The notes under the pieces: generated by a model | What the model was told of the DNA's origin: nothing | What the model saw: the letters and a program-made list of their open reading frames with translations, nothing else | Database searches by the model: none | Position numbers and translations under genes: made by a program | Source: Truepera sp. | GTDB lineage: Bacteria > Deinococcota > Deinococci > Deinococcales > Trueperaceae | Reading direction: 5' to 3' | Length of the DNA stretch: 64,000 nt | NCBI GenBank assembly: GCA_965218435.1 | Contig: CBDCKW010000009.1 | Span: 160,001 to 224,000 of the forward strand | In this document: positions 58,215 to 64,000 of the stretch, piece after piece | Numbering within the stretch: the stretch's first letter is position 1 | Layout of the letters: each line of letters starts with the position of its first letter

Positions 58215-60206
58215 ATGTTTTCCGAGAAAGGCGGGGCTGTGACTGCAAAGCTAGCTAAGGGCACGCATACCGAAACGCCCTCGACGCTGAAAGCTCGAGC
58301 CTTTAGCCCGTTGCCGCTCGGCAGCATTACCCCGGCTGGCTGGTTGAGAACGCAGCTCGAGCTGCAACGAGATGGTCTTACCGGTCATTTAGACGAGTTC
58401 TGGCCCGACGTTGCCGAGAGCCGCTGGATCGGTGGCGACGCCGAGGGTTGGGAGCGCGGCCCTTACTGGTTAGACGGCGCAGTTCCCCTCGCCTACTTGC
58501 TGGATGACGAGCACTTAAAAGGTAAAGTCAAAACCTGGGTTGAGCAGATTTTGGCGGGGCAACATGACGACGGCTGGCTCGGCCCGGTGCTCGACGCGAA
58601 GTACGGTTACGAATACGACCCGTGGCCGCTTTTTATCGTGTTCAAAGCTTTGACCCAGTATTTCGAGGCCACCGGTGACGACCGTATTTTGGGTGCGCTG
58701 ACGCGCTGTTTGCGCAGGTTGCAGACGCTCTTAGAAACGCAGTGGCTCCGCTCGTGGGCACGGTTTCGCTGGGCCGACCTAGTGGTTAGCGTGTACTGGC
58801 TTTATGACCACACTGAAGAAGCGTGGCTGTTAAAGCTGGCCGACACACTCAGCGAGCAGGGCTTTCGTTGGCGCGAGCACTTTGATCCCTTTCCCTTCCG
58901 TACCAAGCTGAGCCGGGTCGAGTGTGACTTATCAAGCCACGGTGTCAACGTTGCGATGGGCCTTAAAACCCCCGGCGTCTGGTTTCGACGTTCGGGCGAC
59001 GCTGCCGACCGAGAGGCACCGCTGGCGATGATGGCGACGCTTGACCGCTTTCACGGTCAGGCGAACGGGATGTTTTCTTGTGACGAACACCTCGCCGGCA
59101 CGAGTCCGGTTCAGGGGAGCGAGCTGTGCGCCGTCGTCGAGTACATGTATTCGCTCGAGGTCTTGCTGGCCGACTTGGGCGAGCCTGCCTTCGCCGACCG
59201 GCTCGAGACCCTGGCCTTTAACGCCTTGCCCGCCACGCTCAGCCCCGACGCCTGGTCGCATCAATACGACCAGCAGGTCAATCAGGTGCTCTGCCGCTCG
59301 GCGAAAGACCCACCTTGGCGAGCCGCGGGCGAGGACGCCGACACCTACCCGTGGACGAGCAACGGCCCTGAATCGAACTTGTTCGGGCTCGAGCCCAATT
59401 ACGGCTGCTGCACCGCCAATATGCACCAAGGCTGGCCCAAGTTCGCCACGCACCTCTGGATGCGTGCGCCTGACGGTGGCTTGACTGCTACTGCCTATGC
59501 GCCCAACACGGTACACACGACGGTTGAGGACGTACCCGTTACCATCAATCTCATCACCGACTACCCTTTTGCTAAAACGCTGCAGTTTGAAGTTCACACC
59601 GACGCCCCGGTAGAGTTTCCGCTCCATCTGCGTATTCCCGACTGGGCAGAGGGTGCAACTGTAAGCGTTGACGGGGCTGACGCGCAAAACGCTGAGGCAG
59701 GGAGCTTTTACGCTGTGCAGCGCGAATGGCGGGGCGACAGCACGGTGACGCTGACGTTGCCGCTGCGCTGGCGCAGCGAAGAGCGGTTTAACGGAGGCGT
59801 TTCCCTCTACCGAGGGCCGCTGCTGTTCGCGCTCAAAATAGGCGAGGACTGGCGGCACCTGCGGGGCGACGCGCCGCACGATGACCATGAGGTTTATCCT
59901 ATGAGCGCGTGGAACTACGCGCTCGAGCTGCCCCCTGACCTTGACGCAGCCACCGAACTCGAGACCAACTCAGCCAGTCCTCAGCACTTCTCCCCGGAAG
60001 AAGCTCCCGTTGTCGCCAAGGTCAAAGGAAGACGGCTTCCTGAGCAGGGTCTTATGCAAAACTCTGCTGCACCGGTACAAAGTCCTGTTTACTCGGGTGA
60101 ACCCCTAGAAGAGCTGACGCTTATTCCTTACGGCTTTACCAACTTGCGAATTGCTGAGTTTCCGGTGCTGAGCAGTTCGGAAGGAGGTTCACCAGAAAAC
60201 ATGTGA
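58215..60206 (+). CDS. Beta-L-arabinofuranosidase-like GH127 (DUF1680) protein
   Basis: GWERGPYWLDG, HGVN, ELCAVVE, YGCCTANMHQGWPK, T.YPF, LRIP.W, RGPL. Confidence 0.88.
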   Translation: MFSEKGGAVTAKLAKGTHTETPSTLKARAFSPLPLGSITPAGWLRTQLELQRDGLTGHLDEFWPDVAESRWIGGDAEGWERGPYWLDGAVPLAYLLDDEHLKGKVKTWVEQILAGQHDDGWLGPVLDAKYGYEYDPWPLFIVFKALTQYFEATGDDRILGALTRCLRRLQTLLETQWLRSWARFRWADLVVSVYWLYDHTEEAWLLKLADTLSEQGFRWREHFDPFPFRTKLSRVECDLSSHGVNVAMGLKTPGVWFRRSGDAADREAPLAMMATLDRFHGQANGMFSCDEHLAGTSPVQGSELCAVVEYMYSLEVLLADLGEPAFADRLETLAFNALPATLSPDAWSHQYDQQVNQVLCRSAKDPPWRAAGEDADTYPWTSNGPESNLFGLEPNYGCCTANMHQGWPKFATHLWMRAPDGGLTATAYAPNTVHTTVEDVPVTINLITDYPFAKTLQFEVHTDAPVEFPLHLRIPDWAEGATVSVDGADAQNAEAGSFYAVQREWRGDSTVTLTLPLRWRSEERFNGGVSLYRGPLLFALKIGEDWRHLRGDAPHDDHEVYPMSAWNYALELPPDLDAATELETNSASPQHFSPEEAPVVAKVKGRRLPEQGLMQNSAAPVQSPVYSGEPLEELTLIPYGFTNLRIAEFPVLSSSEGGSPENM

Positions 60207-60263
60207 AACAAACGCCGGTTTACGCCCTAACTAAACCCCCGTTCCTCGAGGAGGCAGTGCCAG

Positions 60264-61502
60264 ATGAAACTATTTAGATTAACCGTTTACAGCTTTGTCC
60301 TTATCTCAATTTTTGCCTGGGTAGGAGCGCAGCCCGTTACCCTTAGTTTGTGGTCGCGTGACAGTGACCAGGCCCTGGTAACGGCGCTGGTTAAAGACTG
60401 GAACGCAACCCACGACAATCAGATCGAGCCTACGATCATACCCGCGGCTCAGTTTGTAACCAAATTTGCTACAGCCGTAGCGGGTGGGGTAGGTCCTGAC
60501 CTGGTCGCGATCGACCTCGTTTATACACCTGCGTTTATGGAAGCCGGACAACTCACTGACATTACCGAGCAGGCCAAGGCGCTCCCTTTTTTTGGTAAGT
60601 TGAGCCCGTCTCACATCAGGCTCGGAACGTGGAGTGACGGCAACGTCTACGCTCTGCCGTTTAGCGCCGAGGGTTCAGTGCTTGGTTATAACAAAGACCT
60701 CTTTAAGAAAGCGGGCCTTGATCCCGACAAACCACCTACCAATTGGGCCGACCTCGAAGCTGCTGCCAAAAAGATAACTGCTTTAGGCGACGATACTTAC
60801 GGCTACTACCTCTCAGGAGCTTGTGCCGGTTGTAATGTTTTTACCCTGTTGCCGCTTGTCTGGGCAAGTGGCGGCGACATTCTGAGCGCCGACTATTCTC
60901 AGCCTACCTTTACCGACCCCAAAGTTGCAGCGGCGCTCGAGTTCTTCCGCCGGATGTATACAGAAGGGGTCATCCCCGAAGGGGCCAAAGTAGACGACGG
61001 CACGGACTTTCTAAACGCTTTTACCTCCGGCAAAATCGGTATGGTAGGTACAGGCGCTTTTTCCATCGCGACGCTTAAAACCCAGTACCCCGACGTTGAT
61101 CTCGGCATCACTTTTTTGCCCGGTCAAGATGGGGGACGCTCATCGTTTGCCGGGGGCGACAATATCGCCATACCCACGGGCTCCGAGCACGTGAACGAAG
61201 CGTTCGAGTTTATCCAGTGGCTGCTTTCTGATCAAGTCCAGCTCGAGCAGTACGCAAAAAATTCGCAACTGCCGGTACGCACCGACCTGGCCAAGAACAA
61301 ATACTTCGCTGAGGACCCTCGGCTAACGACTGCCGCTGAAGCGATGGCGTTAGGGAAAACGCCTTACAGTGTGGTCTATAATCAACTGCTTAACGATAAC
61401 AACGGTCCGTGGCTACAAATGCTGCAAGATGCAATATTCGGTGGCGATGTAAAAGGGGCAACCGAAACAGCGCAGGGACGCGCTGAACAGATTATGAAGT
61501 AG
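60264..61502 (+). CDS. Sugar ABC transporter solute-binding protein
   Basis: Signal peptide; YNKDLFKKAGLDPDKPP.NW. Confidence 0.92.
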   Translation: MKLFRLTVYSFVLISIFAWVGAQPVTLSLWSRDSDQALVTALVKDWNATHDNQIEPTIIPAAQFVTKFATAVAGGVGPDLVAIDLVYTPAFMEAGQLTDITEQAKALPFFGKLSPSHIRLGTWSDGNVYALPFSAEGSVLGYNKDLFKKAGLDPDKPPTNWADLEAAAKKITALGDDTYGYYLSGACAGCNVFTLLPLVWASGGDILSADYSQPTFTDPKVAAALEFFRRMYTEGVIPEGAKVDDGTDFLNAFTSGKIGMVGTGAFSIATLKTQYPDVDLGITFLPGQDGGRSSFAGGDNIAIPTGSEHVNEAFEFIQWLLSDQVQLEQYAKNSQLPVRTDLAKNKYFAEDPRLTTAAEAMALGKTPYSVVYNQLLNDNNGPWLQMLQDAIFGGDVKGATETAQGRAEQIMK

Positions 61503-61513
61503 TTTCAATTCGA

Positions 61514-61541
61514 GTACAGCGTTAGTAGGTCAACGCTGTAC
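61514..61541. other. Intercistronic stem-loop after the solute-binding gene
   Basis: GTACAGCGTT-N8-AACGCTGTAC. Confidence 0.55.
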
Positions 61542-61620
61542 CGGCTATTTTGAACGCTTCTACTCCTCGACTCTTTCGCTGTCATTCGCCCTACTCATCA
61601 CTTCTGAAAAGAGAACTGAA

Positions 61621-62550
61621 TTGGCCACTTCAGACATTGTCGCGGCAGGTAAACCGGCCCGTCGGCAAAAAGGCCGTACCGGCTACTACCGGCGGCTGAC
61701 CGGGCTCTTGTTCGTTTTACCCTGTGTTCTATTTGTTGGCGTATTTTTTGTCGTACCGCTGCTGATGACGGCGTGGATGTCGCTGTACGACTGGCCACTC
61801 CTCGGGAGCAAGAGTTTTATCGGTTTCGAGAATTACCGAACGCTTGTAAGTGACCGTCAATTTTGGTCCAGCCTCTGGTTTACGACAAAGTACACAGCAG
61901 TGATTACGCCGATTATCTTTGTGTTCGCGTTTGCGCTGGCCTTAATTGTCCAGTTACCGCTGAGAGGTATTGCGTTTTTTCGGACGGTGTACTTTTTGCC
62001 GGTGGTGATCGGACTGGGAACCTCGAGCCTGCTCTGGGTCTGGCTTCTGAATGACCGGGTAGGTCTGATTAACCAGTTTCTTAAAGACGTCGGGCTGATC
62101 CAAACCTCGGTACTGTGGCTGGGTGACAAAAACTTGGCGCTGCTGGCTATTATCGTGTCTGTCACCTGGAAGGTCGTCGGACTCACCATGATTTTGCTCT
62201 TGGCAGGGCTTCAGGCGATTCCGCAAAACTTTTACGAAGCGGCCAAAATTGACGGGGCCGGTTACTGGGCGCAACTGCGTTTTATCACCTTACCGCTCTT
62301 GCGCCGGACGTTTGCTTTAGCCCTTGTGCTCTCGGTGATCGGCTCTTACCTGGCCTTCGATCAGTTTTACATCATGACCGGCGGCGGGCCGCAAAACAGC
62401 ACCATCTCGGTAGTCTACTGGATTTTTAACAACTCGTTTTCTTATTTCAAACTAGGCTACGGGTCCGCGTTATCTATGGTGCTACTCGTGATCTTGGTGC
62501 TCTTTAGCGCCTTACAACTCTACCTTTTACGCGATGATACGCAGCTTTAA
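61621..62550 (+). CDS. Sugar ABC permease
   Basis: FIGFENY, GLQAIP..FYEAAKIDGA, MTGGGP. Confidence 0.92.
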   Translation: MATSDIVAAGKPARRQKGRTGYYRRLTGLLFVLPCVLFVGVFFVVPLLMTAWMSLYDWPLLGSKSFIGFENYRTLVSDRQFWSSLWFTTKYTAVITPIIFVFAFALALIVQLPLRGIAFFRTVYFLPVVIGLGTSSLLWVWLLNDRVGLINQFLKDVGLIQTSVLWLGDKNLALLAIIVSVTWKVVGLTMILLLAGLQAIPQNFYEAAKIDGAGYWAQLRFITLPLLRRTFALALVLSVIGSYLAFDQFYIMTGGGPQNSTISVVYWIFNNSFSYFKLGYGSALSMVLLVILVLFSALQLYLLRDDTQL

Positions 62551-62562
62551 CGAGGAGCAGGC

Positions 62563-63435
62563 GTGGCAAATACCTTAGCTTCCGGGTCCCGAACGCACTT
62601 TAGGCAACGTACCTTGAGAGTGCTGCTTTACTTGCTTTGTACCGTTTTGGCCGTTCTGTTTCTGGCCCCTATCGTGCTGGCGCTGCTCAGCTCGCTTAAA
62701 ACCCCGAGTGAGGCTTCGGCAGTACCTCCAACCTTCGTGCCGAGTAAGCTCAGCTTTGAAAATTATCGCCTTTTAAGCGAGTACGGCGCGGGGTTGTGGC
62801 GTTACGTTTATAACAGCACGGTCGTCGCCCTCTTTACGGTGTTAGGCACGCTGGTGTTAAGCCTGTTGGGGGGCTTCGGCTTCGCCCGCTTCTCTTTTCC
62901 GGGCAAAAACATCTTGTTTATCGTCGTTTTGTCCACCCTGATGATTCCGTTTCAGTCTATTTTGACCCCGTTATTTGTCATTTTGGGCGTGCTCAAGCTG
63001 CAAAATACGCTGCTCGGGTTGATCTTCGTCTACATCGCCTTTCAACTTCCATTCGGCCTATTCCTAATGCGCAACAGTTTTGAGACGATTCCCAGAGAGC
63101 TCGAGGAGTCCGCCCTGCTCGACGGCTGTACGCCTCTAGGGATGCTCTTTCGGGTGATGCTCCGGCTCGTTGCACCGGGGCTGGTCACCGTGGCCCTGTA
63201 CGCCTTTATCAATTCGTGGAATGAGTTTTTAGCCGCGCTTATCTTTATGAATCAGGAGAACAACTATACCTTGCCGATCATGCTGGTGACCGTCAGAAGC
63301 GGGCTTTACGGTCAGGTCAATTGGGGGGCGCTGCAAGCGGGTGTAGTGATCGCCATCATCCCCTGTGTGTTGCTGTTTTTGCTGCTGCAACGCTACTATG
63401 TCGAAGGGCTGACCGGCGGGGCGGTCAAAGGTTAG
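62563..63435 (+). CDS. Sugar ABC permease
   Basis: FARFSFPG, IPRELEESALLDG, SWNEF, QRYYVEGLT.GAVKG. Confidence 0.92.
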   Translation: MANTLASGSRTHFRQRTLRVLLYLLCTVLAVLFLAPIVLALLSSLKTPSEASAVPPTFVPSKLSFENYRLLSEYGAGLWRYVYNSTVVALFTVLGTLVLSLLGGFGFARFSFPGKNILFIVVLSTLMIPFQSILTPLFVILGVLKLQNTLLGLIFVYIAFQLPFGLFLMRNSFETIPRELEESALLDGCTPLGMLFRVMLRLVAPGLVTVALYAFINSWNEFLAALIFMNQENNYTLPIMLVTVRSGLYGQVNWGALQAGVVIAIIPCVLLFLLLQRYYVEGLTGGAVKG

Positions 63436-63803
63436 CCGACCTAATAGAGAGACCTATGGCTTGCTTTATTCGGCCCGCAAGACCCCGTACCGCTGGGCCA
63501 AAAGCCAGCTGGGTCAAAAGACAGCATAGCGACCGAGGCTCGAGCACACCATCTGACTCGCTCAACCGTCAGATTTCTTTAGCCAGTTCTCTTCGTCACC
63601 TCGCGCTGACGGTATGGTCTACAAACACAGTACATAAACCTAAAAAAGTTGACGTAAAGACCACCTCACGGTAAAACGTAAAGCGGTCTGTAAAATATGG
63701 CGTACCGGACGATAAGCAAGGAGTAAGAAAGTGGCAGCTAAACAACGAAACCAGCGTCTCTTATGCACTTAAAGCAGCACAACAAAAGCAAACGTCAGCA
63801 AAA

Positions 63804-64000
63804 TTAGTTGAGCGTTTCACTTGCGCGAGGTAGTGCGCCGAGAGCCGGGTTTTGCTGCTCGAGTAGCAGCGCAAACTCGTCTCCAGGCATCGGCCGTGCA
63901 AAAAAGAAACCCTGACCGACGTGACAGCCGAGGTCGCGGAGGAGTTCAAACTGCTCGCCCGTTTCGATCCCTTCAGCGACGAGTTCGACGTCTAAGTTTT
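63804..64000 (-). CDS. EAL-domain protein, C-terminal end (runs off the window)
   Basis: Manual translation NLDVELVAEGIETGEQFELLRDLGCHVGQGFFFARPMP...LN*. Confidence 0.9.
   Translation of the reverse strand, partial: NLDVELVAEGIETGEQFELLRDLGCHVGQGFFFARPMPGDEFALLLEQQNPALGALPRASETLN

Noticed and set aside
63761..63949. 62-aa minus-strand ORF from the track
   Set aside because: Wrong frame; the EAL-domain frame ending at 63804 explains the region.

Overview
Bacterial chromosomal window of moderately high GC, most likely Deinococcota (Truepera/Deinococcus-like). This is inferred from the MinC N-terminus, the tRNA-Pro/Gly/Arg cluster, several leaderless TANNNT-N6/7-start genes and strong CTCGAG enrichment. 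Layout: (1) 1-2.4 kb: isoaspartyl peptidase/asparaginase, a Gfo/Idh/MocA oxidoreductase and minC. (2) 2.5-18.4 kb: an array of SDR/AKR/MDR oxidoreductases with AraC, TetR, HxlR and MarR regulators, an IS5-interrupted AKR, a GH18 fragment, an IS256-type MITE and an acyl-CoA ligase. (3) A cobalamin riboswitch with an orphan FecCD/BtuC permease, followed by MITE-like remnants. (4) 20.3-37.4 kb: a GntR-associated sugar/sugar-acid catabolic region. It contains an FAH hydrolase, an MtnK/APH-fold kinase, an enolase paralog with altered active-site motifs, SDRs, a DgoD-like dehydratase, DUF993, three Gfo oxidoreductases, a TIM-barrel epimerase, a cupin and an ABC importer; an ISKra4-like IS lies upstream of the importer. 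(5) 39-63.4 kb: arabinofuranoside-utilisation genes (GH93-like, sulfatase, GH2, GH43, GH51, GH127, two ABC importers, two LacI), interleaved with an IS3 nested in an IS701-like relic, an integrase remnant, three tRNAs and an IS630 relic. (6) The 3' end of an EAL-domain gene. The best candidate for an undescribed system is the translationally coupled kinase plus divergent enolase module inside the sugar-acid operon. All calls were made by eye from motifs; no database searches were run.
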